64,000 nt of DNA from Acidilobaceae archaeon (GCA_038897215.1 JAWAWX010000001.1:320001-384000); one strand, 5' to 3'. Counted from the first letter of the stretch, positions 31,980 to 42,464 are shown. Numbers and translations are program-made. The notes: a model not told the origin generated them from the sequence alone.

Positions 31980-34204
31980 TAGAGGCCGCGTTAGCAACAC
32001 ACGTAGCGTGGGCAGCGCCTCTAGCGGGCTCGCTGCTAGCCTTCCTCGGAATGCTCTTGAGGGTGAGGAGCGAGCTCTACTACTCGCTCGTCGCTTCTCT
32101 CAGCATCCTAGTGTCAGCTATCGCCACCTCGTGGCTAGCCTGGCTGGTGCTAGCTGAGGAGGCGCCCCTCCTCGTGCCCGGACCTTTGATCCTCGAGAGC
32201 CCCAGAGTCTCTCTAGACGTGAGAGCAGACGGGGTCTCCGTAGTCGTGGCTCTTGTAGCTTCCTGGATAGGCTTCATCATATCGGTCTACAGCAGAGAGT
32301 ACATGAGGGGAGACGAGGGCTACGGGAGATTCTTCGCTCTGCTATCTCTCTTCGTTGGCGGCATGATGCTCCTAGCCTTGGCCGACAGCCTTGTAGTCAT
32401 GTTCGCTGGCTGGGAGGCCACGGGTCTCTGTAGCTATGCTCTGATAAGCCACTGGTACGAGAACCCTCCCGATAAGTGGGTCGGGAGGCCGGGCAGGTAC
32501 AGGCTCGGCTTCCCTATGTTCTTCCCGCCGACCGAGAGCGGGACTAGGGCTCTCGCGTTCACCATGATTGGAGACGCGTGGCTCCTAGCGGGGATAGCTA
32601 CTCTGATTCGCTACACGGGGACGAGTAGCTTGACGGAGCTAGCGGCCAGCGCTGGGGTCTGGATGCTTGAGCTCTCGGGGAGCGGAGCGCTAGCCGTCAT
32701 AGCGGCATCCATGACTATAGGAGCTCTGGCTAAGAGTGCTCAGATACCATTCCACGAGTGGCTCCTCACAGCTATGACTGCCCCGACTCCAGTCTCTGCT
32801 CTGATACACGCTGCCACAATGGTTAACGCTGGAGTCTACCTGTTCCTCAGGATAGCTGGCTTCACTCTCGAGGCTGTGGCGGCGAGCGCTGAGCCTCCAG
32901 CTCTCCTAGCTAGCGTTCTAGTCCCCGTGTACGCTGGCGTGCTCGCAGTAGGCCTAGCCACGTCTCTCCTCACCTCTCTCATCGCTCTCAACTCTGACGA
33001 GCTGAAGGTGGTTCTGGCAGCATCTACCTCGAGCCAGCTGGGGCTCATGTTCGCCTCCGCTAGCGCTAGCGGGCTGCTAGCTCTGTGGGGCCGCAGCGGG
33101 GAAGCGCTAGTGGCTTTCTACGCTACCCTACTCCATCTGCTGAGCCATGCTGTCTTCAAGGCAGCGCTCTTCCTAGCCGCTGGCTGGGTCATACACGCCT
33201 CTCACACTAGATTCATCGAGGGGATGAGGGGAGCTCTGCGCGAGGCTAGAGCAGCAGCGTTGGCGATGACGCTGGGGAGCCTGAGCCTAGCCGGGATCCC
33301 CCCGACTCTGGGGTTCTTCAGTAAAGACCTCGTGCTCCACTCTCTAGCCTGGAGTAGCCCAGCTCTAGCCCCCGTGGGGCTCGCTCTAGCCGTCCTCACT
33401 GCTCTCTACGCTGGGAAGACTCTGGGCGCGCTTCTCGGAAGCCGGGAGAGAGAGGCGCTAGAGGAGAACGGCCACAGCGGAGAGCCTCCAGCTATGAGCA
33501 CAGCCTACCTGTCTCTAGCGCTGGCATCGCTAGCTCTGGGGCTCTCGTGGCCCGCGTCAAGCAAGCTTGTAGCGAGAGCTGTCGAAGCCTCTCTCTCAGC
33601 CCCTCTGCCGGAGATCCACCTGAGCCTAGGCGCCGCCGCTCTAGCGAGCGTTGCGAGCCTCTCTGCTCTCGCCATCGCCATTGTCTACGGCTATCGGGGG
33701 GCTAGAGTGACCAGCTGGCTGGCCTCATCGAGTGTTTTCAAGGCTCTAAGCGAGATAGCCTATGATAGGTTCTTGATGAGCCCAGTTCTCTACGCTCTAG
33801 CTAGAGCCATGGGAACTCTTGGAGAGTTTGTTGCGAGGACTGTGCATAACTTTGCAGAATGCGCGACCATAGCGTTTATCGATGGTTTCGCGAGCGATAT
33901 CAGAGCGAGACCGTCTACCCGCGAGCTAGAGCATAGAGCTTGGCTGTCTGCTTATTGCTCGATAGATAGGCTCACCTGCAATCTCTGCTCTAGAGTCATA
34001 TCGTATTTAGCGAATTCAACTGTAGACACTGATCAAGCACTAGACAACCTATATCATAGAAGAGTAACGTCCACTGTCAGAACTCTCGGCAATAGAGTAA
34101 GACTCGTTCTTCGAGGAAGCGGCTCTCAGTACTTTGTTTTAGCATACATACTGTCAGTGCTCGCTGTAGCAATAGTCTTGCTAGCCATACTTTTAGGTAT
34201 GTAG
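31976..34204 (+). CDS. nuoL: Complex I-like antiporter subunit L with extended C-terminal helix
   Basis: YSREYM, GWE, KSAQIPFHEWL..AMTAPTPVSALIHAATMVNAG, HAVFKA, terminal TM helix. Confidence 0.93.
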   Translation: MIEAALATHVAWAAPLAGSLLAFLGMLLRVRSELYYSLVASLSILVSAIATSWLAWLVLAEEAPLLVPGPLILESPRVSLDVRADGVSVVVALVASWIGFIISVYSREYMRGDEGYGRFFALLSLFVGGMMLLALADSLVVMFAGWEATGLCSYALISHWYENPPDKWVGRPGRYRLGFPMFFPPTESGTRALAFTMIGDAWLLAGIATLIRYTGTSSLTELAASAGVWMLELSGSGALAVIAASMTIGALAKSAQIPFHEWLLTAMTAPTPVSALIHAATMVNAGVYLFLRIAGFTLEAVAASAEPPALLASVLVPVYAGVLAVGLATSLLTSLIALNSDELKVVLAASTSSQLGLMFASASASGLLALWGRSGEALVAFYATLLHLLSHAVFKAALFLAAGWVIHASHTRFIEGMRGALREARAAALAMTLGSLSLAGIPPTLGFFSKDLVLHSLAWSSPALAPVGLALAVLTALYAGKTLGALLGSREREALEENGHSGEPPAMSTAYLSLALASLALGLSWPASSKLVARAVEASLSAPLPEIHLSLGAAALASVASLSALAIAIVYGYRGARVTSWLASSSVFKALSEIAYDRFLMSPVLYALARAMGTLGEFVARTVHNFAECATIAFIDGFASDIRARPSTRELEHRAWLSAYCSIDRLTCNLCSRVISYLANSTVDTDQALDNLYHRRVTSTVRTLGNRVRLVLRGSGSQYFVLAYILSVLAVAIVLLAILLGM

Positions 34205-34214
34205 AGGGAGCTCT

Positions 34215-35561
34215 ATGAACACTGCTTTAACGGCAATAGTCTTTTTAGCATTATACTCTAATGCTGTAGCCTCTCTAGCGATACCTCTCTTGAGCCTAGC
34301 CAATAGCAGGTCTAAAGCTATCTGGCTCTCATCGCTAGCACCTCAAGTAGCAACACTGACCGCTCTAGCCGTAGTGCTGGCTACAGGAGCTAATCCCGCT
34401 TCGGGCTTCCTCAGCTCGGAGAAAGCCTCTTGGATACTAGCTGCATCTGCTACTCTAGGCTGTCTGCTGTCATCTCTAGCTATAGGTGTGTCTGCATACG
34501 ATTGGCTCACGCACCCTGGTGTTTACAGCTTAGTGCCTCTCGCTCTGCTAGGGCTCGTCCACTTATCTCTAAGCGGCGACCTCCTCGTAGCGTTAGCCGC
34601 GTGGCTTTTGGTAGCCATATCAAGTTACGCTCTGGTAGCTCTAGCCGGAGACAGGTCTAGCGTGAGAGCAGCTGTCATCTACGGAGTCGTCGGCATGATC
34701 TCGACGCTACTCCTGATCCTGGGCGTGGCTCTAGGCTCGGCTGCTCTTGAAGCCGGGAGAGAGCTCTTATCGCTCTCAGCGTCCACTATGATCTTAGCAT
34801 CTCTAGGGCTCAAGCTGGGGCTCTTTCCGTTCCACTGGTGGATTCCGGCTGTCTACGGGGGAGCCAACGGGAGGCTCGTGGCTGTTCTCGACGGCTCCTA
34901 CAAGCCTGCTTTCGCCGCTGCTCTGCTCTACCTCCTCTCCGAGGTAGCCGGGCCCGTCGCGCAACAGGTCTCTCTGGCTCTCCTCCTGCTAGGCTTGGCT
35001 AGCATGACCTACGGTAACGTCGCAGCTATGGTGACCGGTAGACTTCAAGAACTCCTAGCTTATAGTAGTATAGCTCACGCCGGCTTCATAGGAATCGCTA
35101 TAAGCATAGCTCTAGCTCCAGAGACCACTAGAAGCTACGAACTCGCCATAGCGGGCTTGCTTCTAGTAGCTCTAACTGTGGCTTCAGCAAAGCCCCCTCT
35201 CTTCGCTCTATCCTCTCTAGTCAGAGATGTTGGCGACCTGGAGAAGATCTCCTGGGATAGAGCTTCGAGCACGTCTATAGCAGTGCTTTCTCTAAGCCTG
35301 CTAGGCGTGCCTCCACTCTTGGGATTCTGGGGTAAGCTAGTGATAGCAATAGCCGTAGCTGAAGTGTCACCTCTAGTAGCGGCGATAGTTCTAGTCAACG
35401 TTACCGCTAGCTCTGTCTACTATCTGAGAGTAGTCGTCTCAGCTCTTAGGAGGAGCGGTGAGCGCCTAGAGCTAGACAGAGCTGTGAGAGCCACGCTCAT
35501 TGCCTCAACAGCGATCAACTCGTTGGGATTGATAGTAGCCGCTACTATTTACAGTCTCTAA
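34215..35561 (+). CDS. nuoN: Complex I-like antiporter subunit N
   Basis: LKLGLFPFHWWIP.VY, LLAYSSIAHAG, SLLGVPPLLGFWGK. Confidence 0.9.
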   Translation: MNTALTAIVFLALYSNAVASLAIPLLSLANSRSKAIWLSSLAPQVATLTALAVVLATGANPASGFLSSEKASWILAASATLGCLLSSLAIGVSAYDWLTHPGVYSLVPLALLGLVHLSLSGDLLVALAAWLLVAISSYALVALAGDRSSVRAAVIYGVVGMISTLLLILGVALGSAALEAGRELLSLSASTMILASLGLKLGLFPFHWWIPAVYGGANGRLVAVLDGSYKPAFAAALLYLLSEVAGPVAQQVSLALLLLGLASMTYGNVAAMVTGRLQELLAYSSIAHAGFIGIAISIALAPETTRSYELAIAGLLLVALTVASAKPPLFALSSLVRDVGDLEKISWDRASSTSIAVLSLSLLGVPPLLGFWGKLVIAIAVAEVSPLVAAIVLVNVTASSVYYLRVVVSALRRSGERLELDRAVRATLIASTAINSLGLIVAATIYSL

Positions 35562-35570
35562 GGTCTCTAT

Positions 35571-36203
35571 CTAGGCCGAAGAGAGACCTCTTCTGCGAGA
35601 CGACCAGGCTAGGATGGCTGGCGCTAGGGAGACTACCATCATAACCGCCGAGAGAGCAACCGCTTCAGCCGGCTCGAGCCTCTGGTAGTCTAGGATCCTG
35701 TGGCTGACAACGACCTCGTAGGTTCCGGCCACTGGCGAGGCGACAGCGATTATGAGTGTAGCCCACGTCTCGAGCACTCTAGAGTAAGCACGCTCCCCTT
35801 CTGCCTCGATGGGCGAGAGCTCCACAATGTAGGGCCCGAGCATCTGCAGGAGCTCTTGTAGCTTCGCTCCCCTCACTACCACCCACGTGTACGAGATGCC
35901 TGTAGCCAAGTTGACTGCAGTGCCGGCCTCTCTAGCCTCTAGCCGTCTGAGCACCTCAGACAATAGCCAGGGGTCCATTCTAGCCACTGCCGCTACCGCC
36001 ACGCCGGCTCCTCTAGTCTCTACTCTGGCTTCTATCTTGGTAGATGTGGGGGTCGCGAAGATTATAGCGACCTCGCTCTCTGCTAGCCTGAAGTCGAATG
36101 AGCGCTCGCCCTCCGGCTTTATTCCTAGGAGGTGAGCTACTATGGCTGATACCAGGATGGCTACAGCCATGACTGTCAGGATCCTGAAGAGGAGGCGCGT
36201 CAT
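35571..36203 (-). CDS. Hypothetical protein with N- and C-terminal TM helices, co-transcribed with an ABC exporter
   Basis: 210-aa ORF overlapping the permease stop; hydrophobic termini. Confidence 0.65.
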   Translation of the reverse strand: MTRLLFRILTVMAVAILVSAIVAHLLGIKPEGERSFDFRLAESEVAIIFATPTSTKIEARVETRGAGVAVAAVARMDPWLLSEVLRRLEAREAGTAVNLATGISYTWVVVRGAKLQELLQMLGPYIVELSPIEAEGERAYSRVLETWATLIIAVASPVAGTYEVVVSHRILDYQRLEPAEAVALSAVMMVVSLAPAILAWSSRRRGLSSA

Positions 36204-36916
36204 CTCGGCTCAAACCTCCTAGTGAAGTAGATGAGAGCTATGAGGATTGCGAGGACAGCGAGAGACGGTATTAGCGCGAACTGCCACACCTCGATCTCCC
36301 TCGTGCCTCTGTACTCGTAGTAGACCAGGTCCTGGAGGCTTAGAGAGTGCCCTATCTTCTCCAAGAGCTCTACCTCTCTGATCCTCCCTATGATGGGGAG
36401 GATGGTGTTCATCACGATCACGATGAAGTAGACTACTACTCCGCCCACGCCGCTGAGCGCTTGACTCCTAGTAGTCACAGCTATCAGCGAGAAGAGAGAC
36501 CCGTAGAACAGCGCTTGAGTCAAGAACGCTAGGTAGAAGAGAGCAATCCACGAGATCTCGTCGAGTAGCGAGAACTTGAGGACTATGAGTGATGTGACGA
36601 GAGGGACTAGGAGGATTAAGGCGGAGGGGGCCACGACTCTGCTAGCCAGGATGGATAGAAAGACCCCGGCTCTGGGGAGAGGGTATGAGAGGTAGAGGCT
36701 CATGAGCCCAGACTCTGTAAGCGAAGCTATCCCAGCCGCGCTCCTCACAGCCAGGAACAAGACTAGAGCCAGCATAGTGGGGTCTAGGACTCCTCTAGAG
36801 AAGGTGGCTGGGTCCGCTACAGGCTGGACTACGACTATTATTGCTCCCAGAGAGGCTACGAAGACTAGCAGGAGGTCTATCACGGGCGGTCTCATGACCT
36901 CGTTGGAGTCGATCAA
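36200..36916 (-). CDS. ABC-2 type permease
   Basis: Six TM helices, ESG...LYLSYPL.R motif; follows the ABC ATPase. Confidence 0.85.
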   Translation of the reverse strand: MIDSNEVMRPPVIDLLLVFVASLGAIIVVVQPVADPATFSRGVLDPTMLALVLFLAVRSAAGIASLTESGLMSLYLSYPLPRAGVFLSILASRVVAPSALILLVPLVTSLIVLKFSLLDEISWIALFYLAFLTQALFYGSLFSLIAVTTRSQALSGVGGVVVYFIVIVMNTILPIIGRIREVELLEKIGHSLSLQDLVYYEYRGTREIEVWQFALIPSLAVLAILIALIYFTRRFEPR

Positions 36917-36950
36917 GAAGACCTCCAGAAGCCCTCTTAGAGTCCTCGAG

Positions 36951-37844
36951 CTAGCCAGACTTGATCACCTCCTCTATAGAGACCCCGGCTACGTCAACGC
37001 TAAGTATGACTGCTCCCAGCCTGGCTGCTACGGCTAGGCGCTCGAGTAGCCTGGGGTACTCCTGGTAGTCGCTCAGCCTGACTATGAGCGTGAACCCCTC
37101 TTTCTCGACATCGAAGCCCTCGTCTCTCAGAGCTGACTCGAGGCCCTCCGGATTCTCCGCTCTGACTCTGGCTAGGAGAGCCTTCCTCAGGATCTCGCTG
37201 GGAGTGCCGGAGGCTACAGTCCTCCCTCTAGATATCGCTACTATCTTGCTCACTACGCTCACTATCTCTGCTATTATGTGGCTGGATATCAGGAAGGATA
37301 TCCCCCTGTCTTTGTTGAGTTCCGCTATGAGTTCTAGTATCCTCCTCCTCTCTACTGGGTCTAGGTTGCTCGTCGGCTCGTCTGCCACTATGAAGCTAGG
37401 CTCCGCTATGAGAGCGTGAGCTATAGCCGCTCTCTGCTTCAAGCCCGCGCTGAGCTCCCTGAAGCTCTTCCACTCGTGCCCCTCGAGCCCCGCTAGCTTC
37501 ACAGCGTCTCTGACAGCGCTCCTGGAGGCTCCGTGGATTCTAGCCGCTCTCTCCAGGAAGTCCGAGACTCTGAAGGACTCGGGGAGAACGGGTCTCTCGA
37601 AGATAACACCGACCCCTCTTCTAGCCTCGTAGTCCACTAAGGGGTCGCGGCCGTTGAGCAACACTCTGCCAGCGTCTCTCCTCAAGAGCCCTAGGGATAC
37701 TTTTATCAGCGTCGTCTTGCCAGCTCCGTTCGGGCCTACTAGCCCCACTATCTCTCCTTTGTCTACGCTGATGTCAGCCCCCCTCAGGGCCTTCACGAGC
37801 CCGTAGCTCTTCTCTACCTTCTCAGCTACCAGGATGCCAGCCAA
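36951..37844 (-). CDS. ABC exporter ATP-binding protein
   Basis: GPNGAGKTT, LSAGLKQR, ADEPT, SSH. Confidence 0.93.
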   Translation of the reverse strand: MAGILVAEKVEKSYGLVKALRGADISVDKGEIVGLVGPNGAGKTTLIKVSLGLLRRDAGRVLLNGRDPLVDYEARRGVGVIFERPVLPESFRVSDFLERAARIHGASRSAVRDAVKLAGLEGHEWKSFRELSAGLKQRAAIAHALIAEPSFIVADEPTSNLDPVERRRILELIAELNKDRGISFLISSHIIAEIVSVVSKIVAISRGRTVASGTPSEILRKALLARVRAENPEGLESALRDEGFDVEKEGFTLIVRLSDYQEYPRLLERLAVAARLGAVILSVDVAGVSIEEVIKSG

Positions 37845-37950
37845 TAGTAGAGCCCCGGGAGGGTTTGAGAACTCTCCGACCCTTATCAGTACTAAGTAAA
37901 AACTATTAGGAGGCGGGTCTCGTAGCTGGGAGCGAGGAGGTTCTCGCGTC

Positions 37951-38799
37951 TTGCCTCGAAGACTCTACGTGTCTATAGACGCTGAGGGGCTACCCGGGGT
38001 CTTTCACCCAGCTCAGCTCAGCCCAGATGGTAAGCTCTTCAGGGAGCTACAGCTAGTGATGGGGAGATTCGTTGAGACCGTCGCTGATGAGGCGGAGAGA
38101 CTGGGCTACGATGAGGTGTGGGTTGCTGATAGCCACGGGTTCATGGGGAACGTGGAGTATCCGAGCGTCCCGGATAACGTGGTTCTAGTGAGAGGGTCTC
38201 CTAGACCTGTCTCCATGGTCTACGGGATAGAGAGAGGGTTCGAGGCCGCTGTATTCATAGGGTACCATCCTAGAGCCGGGACTGTGAGCGGGGTTCTTGA
38301 CCACACCTACAGCGGGAAGATATTCTGGGACGTTAGGATCAACGGAGTGTCAGTGAGCGAGTTCTACTTGAACGCTATAGTAGCAGGCTACTACGGAGTC
38401 CCGGTGATACTCGTAGCTGGAGACGACAAGCTGAGAGCCGACGTGGAGAAAGCCGCTCCCTGGGTCGTGTACGTGGTGCTGAAAGAGAGCGCGTCCAGGT
38501 ACTCTACTGTCTCCAGGAGTCTCAAGAAAGTCCTGGAGGATACGAGAGCAGGGCTGAGAGAGGCTGAGAGAAGGCTGAGAGAGGGAGAAGCTCGGCCTCT
38601 GAGAGCTCAGGAGCCTCTCGTGCTGGAGATGGTATTCAGGAGGCCCGACTACGCTGAGGTGGCAGAGCTCCTCCCCGGAGCTAGGAGGCTAGACGGATAC
38701 ACTGTAGTGGTGAAAGTCGAGAACCCCGTGGAAGCCTACAGAGTCCTCGATATAGTGGTTCTAGGAGCGTTCGGCCTAGAGTCTCTCCTAAGAGCCTAG
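37951..38799 (+). CDS. dppA: D-aminopeptidase, M55 family
   Basis: YVSIDAEG, VADSHG, IGYH, LDHTYS, AGDD. Confidence 0.9.
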   Translation: MPRRLYVSIDAEGLPGVFHPAQLSPDGKLFRELQLVMGRFVETVADEAERLGYDEVWVADSHGFMGNVEYPSVPDNVVLVRGSPRPVSMVYGIERGFEAAVFIGYHPRAGTVSGVLDHTYSGKIFWDVRINGVSVSEFYLNAIVAGYYGVPVILVAGDDKLRADVEKAAPWVVYVVLKESASRYSTVSRSLKKVLEDTRAGLREAERRLREGEARPLRAQEPLVLEMVFRRPDYAEVAELLPGARRLDGYTVVVKVENPVEAYRVLDIVVLGAFGLESLLRA

Positions 38800-39482
38800 C
38801 AGAGAGGCCCTGTGTGTGACTTGATCGATAAAAGCCCATATGACATGGCTACCGCTGAGACTAGCTTAAGCGCGGAGACGAAGAGGGGCTCAGCGAGACC
38901 AAAGTCTTCGGCTAGAACTGCTAAAGCTAGAACCAGGACTCCTAGAGCTACCGCTAAGTAGGCTACGGTTTTCTCGCGTCTCAAGTAGGCGTAGAGGTAG
39001 AGAGCTGTAGCGAAGACTACGCCAGCTACTAGGAGAGCTACTGCCAGAGCTTGCGGGAGAGGCTCAGCGATCGCGCTATTAAAGCTGCTGAAAGCTACCT
39101 CTCCTAAGTCTACTCTAGCTCTAGCTATGGTGACTGCTAGTAGGAAAGAAGCTATGGTTAAGACTGCTGTCGCTATAAGAGATTGAATCGCGTAGCTTAA
39201 GTGCATGAGGACAACTATCGCCAACAATCCGGGGACAAGGTGCTGGAGGAAGTACGCTGTCTTAAACGTAGCTGACGCCATCGAGAAATCGCCATCGAGC
39301 CCCCAGCCTCTAAAGTAGCCGTAAGCTAGCAAGGCTAGAGCTATCGCGTAGAAGCCCATAGCTACACCCGCTACACCCTTGCAGGCTAATTGTCTTGCTC
39401 TAGCTTTCAGGTACGACCTGATGAGCATTTCTGATGACACGATCGAGATGAGAGAAGCCGCTATGAGAAGCAAGCTCTCCAA
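38796..39482 (-). CDS. Hypothetical polytopic membrane protein (~7 TM)
   Basis: Alternating hydrophobic segments; AT-rich promoter-like region upstream. Confidence 0.65.
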   Translation of the reverse strand: MESLLLIAASLISIVSSEMLIRSYLKARARQLACKGVAGVAMGFYAIALALLAYGYFRGWGLDGDFSMASATFKTAYFLQHLVPGLLAIVVLMHLSYAIQSLIATAVLTIASFLLAVTIARARVDLGEVAFSSFNSAIAEPLPQALAVALLVAGVVFATALYLYAYLRREKTVAYLAVALGVLVLALAVLAEDFGLAEPLFVSALKLVSAVAMSYGLLSIKSHTGPLC

Positions 39483-39610
39483 AGTCTCTAACCCAAAAAC
39501 AATGCCTTAGCTAAAAAGCTTAATAACATTTATATCCGCGAAGAAGCGCTATGTCAGCCAGGCTACTCCTAAAGAGGACACCTCCTGGGGGAGACTCGGG
39601 GAGAGCACGA

Positions 39611-40636
39611 TTACCACGTGAGCCTGACTAGAGTCAGGTATATGCTGATAAGAGTTAGGAGAGCGGAGAGCCAGGCTAGAGCTGATGTGACTACTACCAT
39701 TTCAGGCTCTGTGAGAGGAGTTCTGGAGAGCACCAGTGTGAAGAGGCTCTCCGCTCTAGCGCTCCTCCTAACCTTCAAGAGCCACCCGTCTAGCTCCACG
39801 GGCTTCTCGAAGCTCCTCCTCTCTCTGAACCCCACGCTGGCTATCTTGAGGAACCCGTTGAGGCCCACGGGGAGAGCGGCGATGACCGCTGCGGCCTCGA
39901 GCCTCCCCGTTACCGCTATCGAGGCGTAGGCTGCTCCTAGAGCGAAGCTACCAGCGTCTCCGTTGAATGCTCTCGAGGGGTAGAGGTTGAGAGGGAGTAG
40001 AGCGGCTATGGATGCGAGAGCCGCTATAGATGCTACCAGCCCGAAGCTCGACTCCTCTATGCCGGCAGCTGTCTGCATTGCCGCCGCGAAGGCTAGAGCT
40101 GTTAGAGCGATCAAGGCGGTCGAGAGCATGACCCCATTGTAGGCGTCGTACATGTTGAAGCCGTTCGTGGCGACAGTGTAGGCTAGGAGGGCTAGGAGAG
40201 GGTAGAGTAACGTGAGTCTAGCGAAGCCGTCTAGCGGGATTAGGGGCCTCGGGTTGTAGGCTTCTAGCAAGAGCACTGGGAGCGCTGGGAGAGCTCCGAG
40301 AGCTATCTTGGCGTATGCTGGGAGAGGCTTGAAGTCGTCAGCGAGCCCTATGGCGGACGCTAGAGCGACGCTAAGCGAGGCGGCTAGAGCTCTGGAATCG
40401 CCGCTTGCCAAGTACACTAGAGCCATGGAGCTCGAGAACCCCGCGGCTAGAGCTAGGCCCACGCTCTCCGGGACGACGACTCTACAGGGCTTGTGGACAT
40501 CCACTCCGACGTGCTCCATCTTCTTGAACAAAGCGTAGAAGAAGATGGAGGAAGCTAGAGTGATCGCTAGAGAAGAGAGCCCTGCTAGCGCCAGCAATCC
40601 CGGATCCGCGAGAGCCAGGAGGTCTTCTAGCACCAC
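39611..40636 (-). CDS. Polyprenyl-phosphate GlcNAc-1-P transferase (AglH/GPT/MraY family)
   Basis: DVHK...VPE, GLADD, NGFNMYDAYNG, FNGDAGS. Confidence 0.85.
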   Translation of the reverse strand: MVLEDLLALADPGLLALAGLSSLAITLASSIFFYALFKKMEHVGVDVHKPCRVVVPESVGLALAAGFSSSMALVYLASGDSRALAASLSVALASAIGLADDFKPLPAYAKIALGALPALPVLLLEAYNPRPLIPLDGFARLTLLYPLLALLAYTVATNGFNMYDAYNGVMLSTALIALTALAFAAAMQTAAGIEESSFGLVASIAALASIAALLPLNLYPSRAFNGDAGSFALGAAYASIAVTGRLEAAAVIAALPVGLNGFLKIASVGFRERRSFEKPVELDGWLLKVRRSARAESLFTLVLSRTPLTEPEMVVVTSALAWLSALLTLISIYLTLVRLTW

Positions 40637-41058
40637 TCGCAGTACACCCTCACTCTAACCACGTCGCCGTCTCTCAAGCCTAGAGCTTCTCTCAGGTAGG
40701 TGTTTGAGATGAGTTCTATCACGTCGTCGCCGTGCTTAGATGCTAAAGGCTTAACCAGGTAGACTCGAGCTCGAGGCTCTCCCACGAGCTCCGCTCGGTA
40801 GACTAGAACAGGCTTGAGTCCGCGGCTCCCCACGGGGGGCTCTACGAGAACGTGCCCCCCGGAGTCTAGACAGTCTCTGAGGCTACTCGATGCTCCGTAT
40901 ACTCTAGCGTTGAGAGTCCCCGGGTACGGCTTGAAGCCGAGAGCTCTCTCAAAGCTAGGAGAGTAGATGCTCACGTAGTAAGCCCCCTCTCCGAGCCCCC
41001 GTTCTACCAGAGCCTCTACCTCCACATAGCGGCACTCCTCGGCCAACAGCCGCACCAA
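40627..41058 (-). CDS. ribK: CTP-dependent riboflavin kinase
   Basis: GLGEGAYYV, GF.PYPGTLN, IELIS...LR..LGL.DGD. Confidence 0.9.
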   Translation of the reverse strand: MVRLLAEECRYVEVEALVERGLGEGAYYVSIYSPSFERALGFKPYPGTLNARVYGASSSLRDCLDSGGHVLVEPPVGSRGLKPVLVYRAELVGEPRARVYLVKPLASKHGDDVIELISNTYLREALGLRDGDVVRVRVYCEWC

Positions 41059-41125
41059 ATATTAGGACTCCCTGGCGAGCTGTAGAAGTAAAATATGCTC
41101 AGCGCTCCGCAGGGCTGGTCTAGCG

Positions 41126-42301
41126 ATGAGCGTGATCGAGGCAGACGTAGCCATAGTCTACGGGAGCGTGATCGAGAACGCGCGGATCCCCGCGCCCGTC
41201 AGCGGCTACTACGACCTAGTCGTAGTCCCCGGATTCGTGGACGCTCACGCTCACCCCCAGGTCGTAGACGGGGGGCTCGAGCCCGGGAGGGTCTGGAGAG
41301 ACTCCTACGAGTGGTTCGAGAAGAGGAGGCTGTCCGTGGACGAGGTCGGAGTGAGGAGAGACCTGGAGCTCTCGGAGAAGCTCGCTAGGCTCACCTTCGC
41401 GAGAGCTCTCCTCGAGGGGGTCACGCTTATAGCTGTAACGGGAAGACTCCTCGCTAATGTCAGAGCCTGGCTCGGGATGAGGTCGAAGCCTAGAGCTGTC
41501 TTCCTGCCCTCGGTGATGGATAAGCCTGGGTGGACTGTGGGAGAGCTCTCTCTAGACTACGAGAAGGTCTCGATGATGGTGGAGGACGGCACAGCAAAGC
41601 TAGGGGTATTCGTTCACAGCTTGGGGACATCGAGCCCCGAGACTGTAGCTATGGCGGCTAGGATAGCGTCGAGAGAAGGCAGAATACTGGGGCTCCACTT
41701 CAGCGAGGGAGTGGATGAATCTAGGAGATTCGAGGAGGTCATGGGGCTCCCGCCGTACCCCGTGAGGATAGTCACAGTGCACTGCATAGACAGCGACTTG
41801 AGGCATAGAAACATACCCTGCGTAGCGTGCCCCGCTACCAACATGGCTCTCTACGGGAGGACTAGGAGGCATCTTGAAGCGTTCTCCGGGATCGGGAGCG
41901 ACTGGCCTCTCCTCCTGGGCTCCTCGCCCAGGCACATGCCTCTAGCCATTAGACTGTACAGGTCTTCGCTCCAGAGACTCGTGTCCATCTACACTATCGA
42001 GGGGTATAGAGCGTACTCTATGCCTCACGATGGAGACATCGTTGCTTACGATGGGGGAGTAGACGATCTCCTAGAGGGGAGAGCTCTCCCCAGCCTGGTC
42101 ACGGTAGCCGGGAAGGTGGCCGTACTCGAGAAGAGGCTCGCGGAAAGCGGGCTATCGCTGCCAGACGTAGAGAAGATGATAGAGGAAGCTATAAGAGAAG
42201 CCTACGATAAGCACAGGCTAGACGACTCTCTAAGACCACCGAGGCCTCTCACTCTCGACGAGCTTCTCTCGATAACGCTCCGCGAGCCTTCTTCAAGATA
42301 G
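41126..42301 (+). CDS. Amidohydrolase superfamily protein
   Basis: VVPGFVDAHAH, LHFSEG, VHC, CPATN, GIGSD. Confidence 0.85.
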   Translation: MSVIEADVAIVYGSVIENARIPAPVSGYYDLVVVPGFVDAHAHPQVVDGGLEPGRVWRDSYEWFEKRRLSVDEVGVRRDLELSEKLARLTFARALLEGVTLIAVTGRLLANVRAWLGMRSKPRAVFLPSVMDKPGWTVGELSLDYEKVSMMVEDGTAKLGVFVHSLGTSSPETVAMAARIASREGRILGLHFSEGVDESRRFEEVMGLPPYPVRIVTVHCIDSDLRHRNIPCVACPATNMALYGRTRRHLEAFSGIGSDWPLLLGSSPRHMPLAIRLYRSSLQRLVSIYTIEGYRAYSMPHDGDIVAYDGGVDDLLEGRALPSLVTVAGKVAVLEKRLAESGLSLPDVEKMIEEAIREAYDKHRLDDSLRPPRPLTLDELLSITLREPSSR

Positions 42302-42464
42302 CTCCAGCAAGCATCAGCAAGACGTAGAGAGCCACTAGAGCCGCTAGAGCCAAGCCGAGCCGAGGATTCACTACAGCGACTCTCGCGGCTAGGAGGAGGA
42401 ATAGGAGGAGGACTATCAGAGTGAACGTGGACAAGAGTTCTCTGAGAAACCTCCTAAAGCCCAC
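42249..42464 (-). CDS. Small two-TM membrane protein
   Basis: GTG start with G-rich SD; two hydrophobic helices. Confidence 0.5.
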   Translation of the reverse strand: MGFRRFLRELLSTFTLIVLLLFLLLAARVAVVNPRLGLALAALVALYVLLMLAGAILKKARGALSREARRE

